Origin: the human T2T-CHM13v2.0 reference genome, Homo sapiens
Reading direction: 5' to 3' (one strand)
Assembly: GCF_009914755.1 (NCBI RefSeq)
Contig: NC_060934.1
DNA length: 64,000 bases
The position numbers were made by a program, and so were the translations under genes. Positions 1 through 11,900 of the stretch are shown in pieces (the first letter of the stretch is position 1; each line of letters starts with the position of its first letter). The notes below the pieces were generated by a model. The model saw only the letters and a program-made list of their open reading frames with translations, was not told the DNA's origin and made no database searches.

Positions 1-340
1 AGTTCCAAAATATACTTCCATTTTCCACATTCCTGGGTATGCTGGAAGAACATACAAATCAGCATGTTCAAAACTAAACCATTATCTATGTCCTAAAACC
101 AGCTCTTTTTCCTGCATTTCACATCTGGGTTAATGATACTGCCATCTTCTGGGTTGTCATAATTTGAATTCTCAGAGTTCTTATCTATTACTCCCTCTCT
201 CTCACCTTCCACAATTTTGAACCAAGCTCTGACTATTCATCTTTCAAAATAGTTCTTAAATCCCTTTCATAATCCTTCCTTAATGTCAAACCTTCAATTC
301 AATCCCTTATCATCTCTCACTGATTATTACAATAATTTTC
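1..340 (+). mobile_element. L2 (LINE-2) remnant
   Basis: Diverged L2-like motifs (catgttcaaaactaaac..., ttaatgatactgccatc); boundaries approximate. Confidence 0.5.
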
Positions 341-426
341 TTTCTCCGATTTTACTCCTTTCTCTAAATCTGTTTCTTTAAAAATAACAATCATGTTTCA
401 TGCCTGTTCTAAAAAGTAAACAAATA

Positions 427-803
<377 letters not shown>

Positions 804-949
804 CTATATTCTTCTATCTCCAAAAACTATCCCTTACTACTTTGAACTCACATCTATCACTTTTCACCTAAGTATCCAAATCTCTGGTACTGAAAATGAT
901 TCATAATTTTGCAAAGAAGTCATACCTTTCACTTCTATTTGTAATTATT

Positions 950-1255
950 TCTCCCATTTTCTCTGTTTGACAAGTCCTACTCAGGTTTAAGGTCCAGAAC
1001 AAATATTCCTTTTCCCAGGCAGTCCCTCCTCCCCGATCCCAAAGCCCAAGACAGAAACTACCAGCCCGATTCTGAGATCTGTCTGTTCTTTGTACTGACC
1101 TGCCTACTGAACTTGTAACAGTACAATGATATTTATTTCTGTCTCTTTCTCTTAGCTGTGGGATCATAAAATGCATAGGATCTTTTATCCTATGCATTTG
1201 ACTTGGATTCTGGCTCATATTAACACTAAGTGAGAATCTATTGGTTGTAATTTTC
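950..1255 (+). mobile_element. L2 3' remnant
   Basis: L2 3'-end-like sequence; diverged, boundaries approximate. Confidence 0.45.
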
Positions 1256-2409
1256 TAGGAGTGTTTCTTCTTCTTGCAAGTTTCCCTGCAAGGGCTTTGG
1301 CACTGGGTTTGCCCAGTGCCTCTTCCTTTTTGACCAAGGCAATTCTTGGTTTCGCCAAGTGCCTGTGTGCTGGCAGTGGGTCCTTTTAACTCACTGACAT
1401 TGTCACCATGATGGATACTCATCTGGGAGTGGAACATTTTGCCTACAGCCTATCTGAGTAAAACTAATTTGGTTAATGAAAAGTTTCCCGCTGACACTCA
1501 CCTAAAATTCATATTTACGCAATTCAATGCATTTTATGAAATATGTACAATATTACACCTGTCAGGATAAGTGCTTGTATCTTTTTAGAACTATTTTGGT
1601 CCACTTTGCCTAATTTTGAGGATTTCAAGTATTTTTAGATTCAGAAAACTTCCATTTATGAATTTTACATTACATCATATACAATTCATCGAATGAATTC
1701 CTTTTGGTGTTCTGGCCTACATTTTGCTCTTTAGGGGCTATTTTAGGAGACTTTGTGCACTATGTGGACTTATAAAGCAAATCAGCTGATACACAACTTG
1801 CTATTTTAGTGGAGCATTATACTTTGATATTATGAATGAAATGTCTTTAGTTGCTATATTTTAATCAGTAATCTATGCCATAAAGTGATACTTAAAAATA
1901 GCTATAGTTACACCCTATAATGATTTAGCTTAACACTTGAAATTTGTAGCTTATTGCTTTCACTGTCAAAATAGTATACACTCATTAAATAAAATTTGGA
2001 AATATGATAGGAGCAAGAAAAAACTTCCTTAGCTATCATTAAATGTTCATAATATTAACATATATTACTTTTCAGTCTTTCTATGATTATTGTTGCAATT
2101 TTTATTTAATAATTATTATATTATTTAATATTGTTTTTATTTTACATAGCTTTTACTGATTTGCTATTGTGTTGATACAAACAAATATTAATAAAATATG
2201 TGAGATATGAGGTTCACTTTGTAATTGTAGTTCATTCATATTCACTGTTGAACATTATTCTGTTTTATAAATATTCTGGTATCTGGCAATTAATTCTATT
2301 GATTGATATTATAGTTTTACTAAAAGAAAGATTTATCCTATGAATATTAGTGATAATCAGATGTATGCTTATGCGGGGAGGAGGTAGAACAAATTGCTGC
2401 ATCAGAGGG

Positions 2410-2480
2410 TACCGTTATTCCAAATGCATAGGTCAGAAACAATCTACCGTTATTCCAAATGCATAGGTCAGAAAACAATC
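2410..2480. repeat. Tandem duplication, 35/36-bp unit x2
   Basis: TACCGTTATTCCAAATGCATAGGTCAGAAA(A)CAATC twice, identical except one A. Confidence 0.95.
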
Positions 2481-3108
2481 TCATTTCCAGCTCTGTTAGT
2501 TGAGTTAAAATTATTTTCTAAATAACATTCCACAAGTATGTAAATATACTTGCTATTCCACAAATTTTTAACATTTGCTCTATTGGGGGTTCAATCCAAT
2601 TTAATAATGATTCATTATATTTTGTACAATTGACAAAATAAATTGTGTATAATTTGATGAGTTTCACAGATACGTACATTCTTGAAGCTACCACCACTAT
2701 CAAGATAAGAAACATAACCATTACTCCACCCTCCCAAATGTTCTCCTGCTCCTTGGTAATCTAGTCTTGATGGCCCTCTCACCCTGCCTCCCCATCCCCA
2801 GGCAACCACTGATGAATTACAGATTCGTGTGCATTGTGGATGACTATTTAAAAATGAAGGCATGCAGTATATAAATTTTGCCAGGTTTCTACCTTCACTC
2901 TGCTTAATTATTTAAGACTGTTGTTGTATATGAAAACAGTCCATTCCTTTTTATTGCTGAGTAGTATGCCACTGTATAGTTATATATAACAATTTGGTTT
3001 TGCACTGAGCAGTTTTTCACATTTAGATTGTTTTCAGTTTTGGGCTATTTCAAATAAAGTTGCATGAGCATTCAGATACAAGTTCTTGTATATTTATATG
3101 TTCTCATT

Positions 3109-3339
3109 TCTTGGCTCACTGCAACCTCCACCTCCCGAGTTCAAGTGATTCTCCTGCCTCAGCCTCCCGAGTAGCTGGGATTACAGGCACCCACCATAAC
3201 GCCCAGCTTATTTTTGTATTTATAGTACAGACAGAGTTTCATCATGTTGGCCAGGATGGTCTTGATCTCTTGACCTGGTGATCTGCCCACCTGGCCTCCC
3301 AAAGTGCAGGGATTACAGGCATGAGCTACTGCGCCCAGA
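3109..3339 (-). mobile_element. Alu (AluS) lacking its 3' end and poly(A) tail
   Basis: Antisense Alu from tcttggctcactgcaacctc to ...gagctactgcgcccaga; no poly(T) run. Confidence 0.9.
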
Positions 3340-3429
3340 TGAGCACAGGTTCTTAATTTTGATGACGTCCAGTATTTCTTTTTTGTTATTTTTTAATGTA
3401 TAGATCATGTTTATGGTATTTGTATTAAA

Positions 3430-3917
3430 TATTAGTTTCCTAGGACTGCTGTAACAAAGTTCCGCAAACTAGGTGAGTGGCTTAAAATAACCAAAATGTA
3501 TTGTTCCACAGTTATGGAGGTTAGAAGTCTGAAATCAAGGTGTCAACAGGGTCGGCTCCTTTGGAGGGCTGTGAGAGAGAATCTGTTCTGTGCCTCTCTC
3601 CTAGCTTCTGGTAGTTTGCTGGCCATCTTTGGCATCCCTTGACTATTGGATGCATCACTCTCATCCCTGGCTGTCACATGGCATTCTCCCTATGTCTCTC
3701 TTCATTGTCTTCTGTCTGTGCATTTCTGTCATATCCACATCTTCCCTTTGTACAAAGACACTAATCATATTGTATTAAGTTCCCTTTAATGAACTTATTT
3801 TAACTTGATTACCTATGTGAAGACCTTATTTTCAAGTAATATCACATTCTGAAGTACTAGGGGTTAGGACATCAACTTTTTTTTTTTTTTGTGGGGACAC
3901 AATTCAACTCATGACAG
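3430..3917 (-). mobile_element. MLT1 (MLT1C/D-like) MaLR solo LTR
   Basis: tattagtttcctaggactgctgtaacaaag ... gaagtctgaaatcaaggtgtc ... ggggacacaattcaactcatgaca. Confidence 0.8.
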
Positions 3918-5722
3918 TGTTGTGACTAAAATACTTTTGCCTAACTCAAGATCATAAACATTTGTTTTGATGTTTTCTTTCTAGAAGCTTTATAGTTTTA
4001 TGTTTTAAATGTAGGCCTACAGCCTATTTGATTATTGTATATGATGGGAGGTATGAACTACAGTTTTTCATTTTTTTTTTTTTTTTTTTTTTTTAGTTTT
4101 TGTTGTTACTTTTGCATGTGGTTATCTGACTGTTTTATCAGCAATTTCTGAAAATCCACTTAAAGATGCTTTTGGCTCTTTGTCCAAAATCAGTTGTCCA
4201 TATTTGTGTGGGTCTATTTATGAACTTTATTTTGCCTATCTTCATGCCAATATCACACTCTCTTGACTACTGTAGCTGTTCTTCCTAATAGATTATTTTC
4301 AGTTTATCTCATTTCCTCTGAAACTCCAATGGATCTTATGTTAGATCTTTTTATCTTGCATGTTTATTAAAATTTCTCCCCAATTTTCTGTCTTTGTTAC
4401 TGTTCTTCATTTTTTTATAGTTTTCATTTGATCCTATCATTTGATTATTTAATTCTTTATTCAGCTTTTTAAATTAGCTGTTCAACTTAGATATTGCATT
4501 TTCTAATTTTAATTACTCACTGTGTTCCATTTCCAGAACTTAGTTTGATGATTTGAAAAGTCTAGTTGGTTATTTTCTATGTGTTTTTTTTAAATAAACA
4601 TAGTTTAAATTTGTTTCTTCAAGCTTATACTCCTAAAGAATAATTCCAATATTGGACATTTGGCCATGTTGATTTTCCTGCCCTTAATGCATGGTACCTC
4701 GTTGTCACCATATATGTTTTGTTTTGCTCTTTAACCAAGAGATCTCATTGCTTGAAACTCGATCTATGGGAATTCTTTGACATCTGTTTTGAATTTTCTT
4801 TGCTCCAGACAGGATTTGCCACTTCTTCTGTCAATCCTGAGGTTTTGTATTTGTTTCGTTTTGTTTTTGTCAATCATTATCATTGATCAATTTAAAAAGA
4901 ATTTTTGCTATAATCAACCAAGAACTTTTAATAGTTTTCAGCAATTATGTTCATTAAGTTATCAGGTTGTCTAGACTGCCTAAAACATAAGTATCTAGCT
5001 TTTGTTTATTTGTAGCAATTTGTCTAATGACTCATTTGCCAAGAATGCAATTATGTAGTTAATACCTTCAGGAAAATGTTTGAGCCCCTGTCTTCACTTG
5101 ATGTTATGCTCAGTACCGATGTTACTAGTCATCTTGTAAATATCGACCTTGAGATTTGTATATGATAGAGATATTAATAAACTAATATTTCCAAATCATT
5201 ATCTTTTTAATTTGCATTTTTATTTTAGATATGATATTTAGTTTTAAGTGTTTTTTTTAAATTTTTAAATTTATGGTATCTTCTATTGAATTTTAGCTTC
5301 AAAGGTCCTCTCTGCAGAAGTTGAGTAAAAATAAACGTATACTTATTTTAGAGATCCATTGCTTTATTTTTGAAAATATTTAATTTCACAGGCTTCAGGA
5401 ATTCATCTTTTTGTGTAATATAAGGATCTGAGCAAATGCCTATTTGTTGCCTCCTCTAGGAAGGAACCACAGCGATCCAGCCCACTTCTCTCCTTTTTGC
5501 TTCCTGCTTATTTATTCTCCTAGAACTCAACATAAAGGCAAGACAAAGATTGCTCTGAGGTGGATGCTCTACTCATAAGGAAGACATTGCCACTCCCTGT
5601 ACATTTACTTGACTTCCTCTAAACATCTACATTTTTGAATACTATATTGACATCGGCTTTTTGTTTGAAATGCTTAAAATAGGCTAGACAGAAAAAATAT
5701 ACCTAAAGAAATATGAAAAAGG

Positions 5723-5822
5723 GACTAGGCACTGTAGCTTACACCTGTAATTCAAGCACTTTGGGAGGGAGAGGTGGGAACATCACTTGAGCTTAGGAGT
5801 TCCAAGAAACATAGTGAGACCG
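5723..5822 (+). mobile_element. Alu left-monomer/FLAM fragment
   Basis: cacctgtaattcaagcactttgggagggagaggtggg...cacttgagcttaggagttc. Confidence 0.75.
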
Positions 5823-5903
5823 CGAATTCCCAATAGCTGTTAAAATCCACATATAAAACATTTTATAAGTTTGATGTATGGTGTTTCAAAGGAATGTCTC
5901 ATT

Positions 5904-6406
5904 CGTAGAGGAGAAAAGTAATATCTCGCCCGTTGCTAGGTTTATGGCTGAGACTCCTATAACGAAAGACAGAATAATGAAAGAAAAGCATACAAATTTA
6001 TTTAATACAAATTTGATGTGACACAAAGGCCTTCAGAAATGAAGACTCAAAGAAACAGGGAAATCTGTATATTTTTACGAATAGGTTTGATGAAGAGTGA
6101 ACAGATGTGTAGAAGTGTTAATTGGAGGACGAAAGGCTGTAATCTCATGGTAATAAACAAGGGGACACTCAGCAAGGCTTGTTTGTCCAGATTCTTCTTG
6201 GTGTTGCTGTGTCTTCAGATGCTCTTTTCCCCCAGGTATGGGGAGGACCCTTCTGAAATGGGGGTCTTATGGCCTATTTTCAGGGTAAGGCCAGATAATT
6301 AATTTATGGCATACTTTAGGGGAGAAAGGTAAGAAAAGGTCAGAGAGACATTCCTGCTTTTGGGGTGTTTTTAATTTTCTTTAGTTTAAAATACTCAGTA
6401 TGCAAG

Positions 6407-6437
<31 letters not shown>

Positions 6438-6691
6438 GAGACAGAGTCTCTCTCTGTAGCTCAGGCTGCAGTGCAGTGGCGTGATTTCAGCTCACTGCAA
6501 CCTCTGCCTTCTGGGTTCAGGCAATTCTCCCGTCTCAACCTCCTTAATAGATGGGACTACAAGAGTGCACCACCACGCCCGGCTAATTTTTGCATTATTA
6601 GTAGAGACGGAGTTTTACCACGTTGGCCAGGCTGGCCTCGACCTCCTGCCAGGGTGCCATATTTTAAGACAGTGTGTTCTGGGTCCTATCA
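5904..6691 (-). mobile_element. ERV1 MER4-group (MER31-like) solo LTR interrupted by an Alu
   Basis: Minus strand starts TGATAGGACCCAGAACACACTGTCTTAAAATATGGCACC; 4-bp flanks CATT/TATT; family name from memory. Confidence 0.65.
6411..6648 (-). mobile_element. 5'-truncated Alu inside the LTR
   Basis: T-run followed by antisense Alu that stops in the left monomer; degenerate TSD tgcaagatgcc / tgccagggtgcc. Confidence 0.9.
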
Positions 6692-8059
6692 TATTTAGCA
6701 AATTATTATTAAAAATAGTAGATTTGGTTTAGCCAAATTGATCTGGGATATCAATTCTCAACTACTCCTATGGTCAACAAATTTCTGTGACTTTCCCCTT
6801 AGGAAATGGTTTGGCTGAATCTGATCTCTGCAGGTTCCCCATACTCAATACTGTGACCGGCAAAGCCTTTGTTATCTGTAGTAATAGGGAGGATGTCTTC
6901 TTACAGTCCTGAATGTGACCTTGATGCAGCGTGTATGAGTGGAGGCTTGGGAAGCCATCTCTGAGGATACTGTCTATTTCAATATTTGAAGCATAAAGCA
7001 TTTTGAGCACTACTTGCCTAACAGACTCTTATTAATGATAATGAAAACTGCTCATATGTTGATATTAGTCTTGTGAAAGTTTTCCAGATTCCCTAAATCA
7101 AGTAGGTTAAATGACTTCATGGGAAGTTGCTAGCATTAATCATTTTGAATGATGCTTAATTTTATTATATGATTTTTTATTCACTAAAATAAGAATCAGA
7201 AATTGCTCAGTTAATTCAATTCAGCCCACACCTTCCCAGCTACATAGGTCAATGTAAAGCCTTGGGGCTATTAGCCTTGGGGCCCACAGCTCCAGCCTGA
7301 GAACTGTGTAGGTAGGGTCAGTGCTTGTGGGAGGCATGCAGAATGGCTCATGCTGGCCATGGCCATCATTTCTCCTTGTTCTGACCCTGGTGGCCAGGCC
7401 CCATTGGTGGTTAGGTACTTGTCCTGAAGCTCTTTTATTATGAGGCTCTAGCTTTGCTAGGAAACTCACCTTTTACCTATACAGAGATTTTATTTTTTAA
7501 CTTTTCCGTACTCAAACTTGAGGGGTTTGCACCCCCCAAATGTCTCTCTTACCTGTCCACTGTTGTCCATTTTCTTTGCTTCTGCCTTGGTTTAGGATTT
7601 ATCACAGGAACTTCTTTTGTTGGGGTCTACTTTTTCAATCTTACCCCATAACTTCCTTGCCCCACTAGGGCTGGGACAAACCTCTCTAAGACCCAAATGT
7701 CCTTTTGTCCTTCTGCTAGGGAATTCTGGAAAAAGTCAGATGCTTGCAGTGTCTAAGATCTCTTGTGACCCAGCTCATGCATACCATACTGGCCCCTCTT
7801 CTTTTTGCTGGTCTTCACAATCCACGCTCCAGCTAGTGAGAAGCTGCCTCTGTTCCTCTGATGTTCTTCTACTTTTGTGAAGAGGGCTCCAACCAAAGCA
7901 CTTTCCCATTTGTAAAGCTCATTTGTAAGCTGCAAACAAACTCGGCATCTTTTGGGAAGCTTCTTTTCTCACTCAAGGTACTCTTTGACCCTGTTTAGTG
8001 ATTTGTATGTGGCTCAGTCATGCCTTGTCTTTCATTTCTCATGCCCATCCCTCACACGG

Positions 8060-8300
8060 TATAGGGTAGTGATTAGCAGAGACAGACTCTCAGCCAGACA
8101 GTCTGAAATCACACCCTTGCTGCCCTACTTACTAGCCATGCCATCTTGGGAAAATTATATTCTTTGAGCCTCTTCCTCACACTCCTTTGTACAACAGGTA
8201 TACTAATGGTATGCAACTCATAGGGGTGACGTGCTAATTACATTAGCTAACAAAGAGTTAAGAAAGTCTGAAAATAGAGTGAAGACCCAGTAAGTGCTAT
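8060..8300 (+). mobile_element. MIR
   Basis: MIR core-like (cttactagccatgccatcttgggaaaatta...tttgagcctc). Confidence 0.6.
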
Positions 8301-8339
8301 AGGTGCTTTTTTGTTGTTGTTAATTTTAAGAATGTTATT

Positions 8340-8645
8340 GGCTGGGCGCAGTAACTCATACCTATAATCCTAGCACTTTGGAAGGCCAAGGCAGGAGTTT
8401 CACTTGAACTCAGCTCTAGATCAGCTGGGACAAGATAGTGATGAGACCTCATCTCTATAAAAAAGTAAAAAAAAAAAAAAAAAAAAAGCCAGGTCTGGCA
8501 GTGCACACCTGTAGTCCCAGCTACTTGTGAGGCTGAGGTGGGAGGATGTCGTGAGCCCAGGAAATCAAGGCTGCAGTGAGCTGTGATTGTGCCACTGCCC
8601 TCCAGCCTGGGTGACACAGCAAGACCCTGTCTCAAAAAAAAAAAA
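8340..8645 (+). mobile_element. Alu (AluJ-type)
   Basis: Dimeric Alu with J-type gagcccaggaaatcaaggctgcagtgagc; TSD agaa(t/c)gttatt. Confidence 0.9.
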
Positions 8646-8759
8646 GAGAGAGAGAACGTTATTAAATAAATTGAGCACACATTCCATATGGGACAATATT
8701 AATGACCAGCATGTGGGTAAGTAGTCCCAGTCTGGCAGAGAATATAATGATTTATTCAG

Positions 8760-8930
8760 TAAATTTTCACAGAAAAATTGTGAGGAAGATGCCATTATTA
8801 TTTCCATTTATGGATAAGTCCCCAAGAAAGGTCAATAATATTGCTCCAAGTCATATAATTAATACGTGGGTAAAGTGAGATTTGATTCCATGTGATTTGA
8901 CCCCAGAGCTTTTACACTCAACTACTATCC
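8760..8930 (-). mobile_element. MIR
   Basis: Antisense MIR core (attattatttccatttta...ctccaagtcatataattaata). Confidence 0.55.
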
Positions 8931-10218
8931 TAAATCTTCCCAAACACACTATGATGCTTCTCCATGAATATTTGTTGAATGAATGAATTTTAAAGAATTT
9001 TATGAAAATGAGATGGTCTCTATGGAGATCCAGATATATATGGTGTGAGGAATTATAGGCATGTCATATCCCAAAAGATCTTTGCCATTTTGCAATTTCT
9101 GAAATTCATTGCATTGGATATGAAAAACTTCAGAGTCCTGGGCATAGAGCTAAAGCTTGGGGGTACCACAGCTAAAAATATTTGAGTTATAAAGTCATAT
9201 TCCTGGGACAGGACCGTAAGTCCTGGTACAGGAGACAGAGAAGGGGTGAGGAGGCAGGAGGCAGCATAAAGCAGGAAAATCAGAGCTTGGCATGAGGCAG
9301 ATCTTGCTTCTCATTCTGCTTCTGCCACATATTAGCTGACTCATTCAGTTAACAATTTATCCAATTGTTTATTTATCAGATTTATCAATTTATCCAATTT
9401 ATCAATGCTTATTGCAATCCTAGTATCTCAGGAACCCACTACTTCTTTCTGAACCTCAACTGCCTCTTATATAAAATGGTCATTGTAGTTCCGACCTTGA
9501 AAGATGTTTGAGAAGACTGACTGAGACATACAGAAAAGTACAACTCAGGAGCCTTCTATGTTTGGCTTTCCTACCCCTTTACCAGGCTGTTCCTAGACAG
9601 GAGCCTGCTTATGGGTTCCGCTACGGAGGCAGGAGTCAGAAAAGTAATTATTAATATTAATATATACCTCAGAAGGAGAAAGGGGTAAATTTTCCAGCTG
9701 AGGTCCAAGGTAAAATTTAGGGTAAGTCAGTAGAGCCAAGGGCAGCTGTCCAAATCAAGTCAGGAAGCTGAGGGTCTGAGGCTGGACAACAAAGGGAGAC
9801 CATGTTGGGATCAATCTAAGATGGGTCAGGATGTGCTGCTGACTGTTACACTAACCACTTGCTAGAGTTTGAGGTTCATCTGTATATGGGTGGCTGGAGT
9901 CTGAGAATGGGTAATGTTAGGAAGGCCTTTTCCTCACTTCTGGTATCTTTGAGGTGATTTTCTCTAAGAATCCTCCTCACTTCCTGCCCCACCATTAATT
10001 CTTACTAAAGTGACTTGAATTACTTGGGTGGAGAGAAACAACCATTGATCCAGACCTCTCAATTATATGGAGTTAATCTATCCAAGGTTCTGAACATGGG
10101 ATATGGGTTCTCATTGTCCTTCTTTCTTCTCCAGGACCAGTGGGAGGTAGAGACATGTGTAAATGAGTGTAATTTGCAGATTTACATTACAACAGATGTG
10201 CTGCCCACAAGTGTACAC

Positions 10219-10432
10219 CATGGTTTTTCAGGCTTGGCACTATCAACATTTGGGTCAGATGATTCTTTGTTGGACACGGGGTGAGGGAAGCTCTCCTGTG
10301 CATTGTAAGATGTTTAGCAGCATCTCTGGCCTGTACCCACTAGATGCCCATAGCATGATGATAAAAACTGTCTCCAGATGTGACCAAATGTCCCCCATGT
10401 CCAAGATCACCTCCTGCCCTTAAGAACCACTG
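10219..10432. mobile_element. MER20 (hAT-Charlie DNA transposon fossil)
   Basis: ggcactatcaacatttggg...cctgtgcattgtaagatgtttagcagcatc...gaaccactg matches the MER20 consensus as recalled. Confidence 0.85.
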
Positions 10433-11574
10433 CCCTAGATAGATGTGGGGAGTTGGCAGAACACTTGGACTTGAGAACAAATCATGTCCTCTAATTAAGC
10501 TTCTTCAAAAACAAACGATATTTTGGCCTCCATTCTTAGTCTTCCTTTTAACAATTACAGCATGTTCAGAACCCAGATGAGGGTCCCTTCAGAGAGCTCA
10601 AGGGGTTGCTTAAGGTGGTTGTGTAGGTCTCAGGTGGACGTGAGCTTTGTTACATGAGCGTTTTTGTCCCTGGGATAATTATTCCTTTCCTAGACAGAGC
10701 TGGACAATTATAAAAGAGAGTGCCATGGATACTGCCACTGACCTGATATTTACAGCTGAAGCTCAAGGAGGAGGCTCCATTGGGTCTCCTGAGTATCTTA
10801 CTCTCGGATGAGTCATGTAGCCTCAGCAGCTGAGTCAAAGTCAAAGGCAGGCACTGACCCTTCAGCTGACTGGCAGGCTCCTCTCAGCAGCTGGCTGATA
10901 GGTAGACTAGTTGGCTGTGGTCCCAGCTACATTTTCTGGAAAGGCATAGACAAGATTTTTTTTTGCGGCTGGAAAATTTATCTGTAGGGCTTCTGCAGGC
11001 AGTCAAGAGTGAACACTGGGCCTGAAAAGTTTGGACTGGGCAATCATGAGGCTGTTTGACAAAGTTGGGCTCTGTTCCCAGTTGAGCGTCACCCATGGGC
11101 ACTGTGTCCCAGACAGGCTCAATTCTTAGAGCAGAAAGGCTTCATTTTCAGCTCTGCAGAGGCAGCAGCCTTTAGGCTAATTAATAAATCATCAACGCAT
11201 TTGTGGTGTGAAAAATGAAATATTTATGCTCACCAGAGTAATATTTCTGTCTTGCAGTCCCATGCTCTGTTGATGCCTGATGGAGGATGAAGTAAATACC
11301 AGCTGGTGTAGAATGAGTGGAATATAATTACTCTCTACAAAGTTAAGTGAATATTAAAACGCAGAAGTCATAGGCACTGGTGCTTTTCCCTCCCAACTCC
11401 ACTGCCCAGTAAACAGTATCCTGACCTGATGCTTGGCTTCAATGCAGCTTACAGCAGGGATCTCAGTAAAGGGCTTGCTTGTCAGCAATGTGGAAGCAAC
11501 TGGGACACAGGCTGCTGAGAAAGGCAGGAAGTCAACCACCTTCCAGGAACGTATGGAGACTTTCCTGATGCCTG

Positions 11575-11800
11575 AGAGCATGATATGGTGAAAAGAATGC
11601 GGCTTTGGACCAGAGACCAAATGTGACCAGAATGTGGCTTTGGAGCCAGAGAGACCCATCTCTGAAATTTACAAGTCATGTGACCTTGACGAAGGTCTCT
11701 CCCTTTTCTATACTTCAATTTGCTTAACTAGAAAATGGAGTCATACTGCGTTGTGTGATTAGAGAACTATACTTCAGAAATCACTTGACAAAGTTTTGCA
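11575..11800 (+). mobile_element. MIR
   Basis: gtggctttggagccagagaga...catgtgaccttgac...aaaatggag. Confidence 0.6.
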
Positions 11801-11900
11801 TAGTGACACGCAGGCAGAGAAAACTGCAAAAAGAGCTGTAGAAAGATTGGGTAAGTAGTCTACACATGTTAAGGTGATGGCAGTAGAAATGCAAAGGAAC

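Larger units (their letters stand above)
2620..4280 (-). mobile_element. Old L1M 3' region, interrupted by an Alu and an MLT1
   Basis: Antisense L1M 3' motifs (ccccaggcaaccactgat, tttattgctgagtagtatgccactgtat, aatcagttgtccatatttgtgtgggtctattt). Confidence 0.75.

Noticed and set aside
7480-8050. Possible processed pseudogene on the minus strand
   Set aside because: No recognisable protein similarity, poly(A) tail or TSD; the ORFs are short.
8297-8680. Alu-derived ORFs (also at 26307, 26997, 44333, 53919, 57834)
   Set aside because: These are typical antisense-Alu translations (LECSG..., [10 protein letters not shown]...), not genes.
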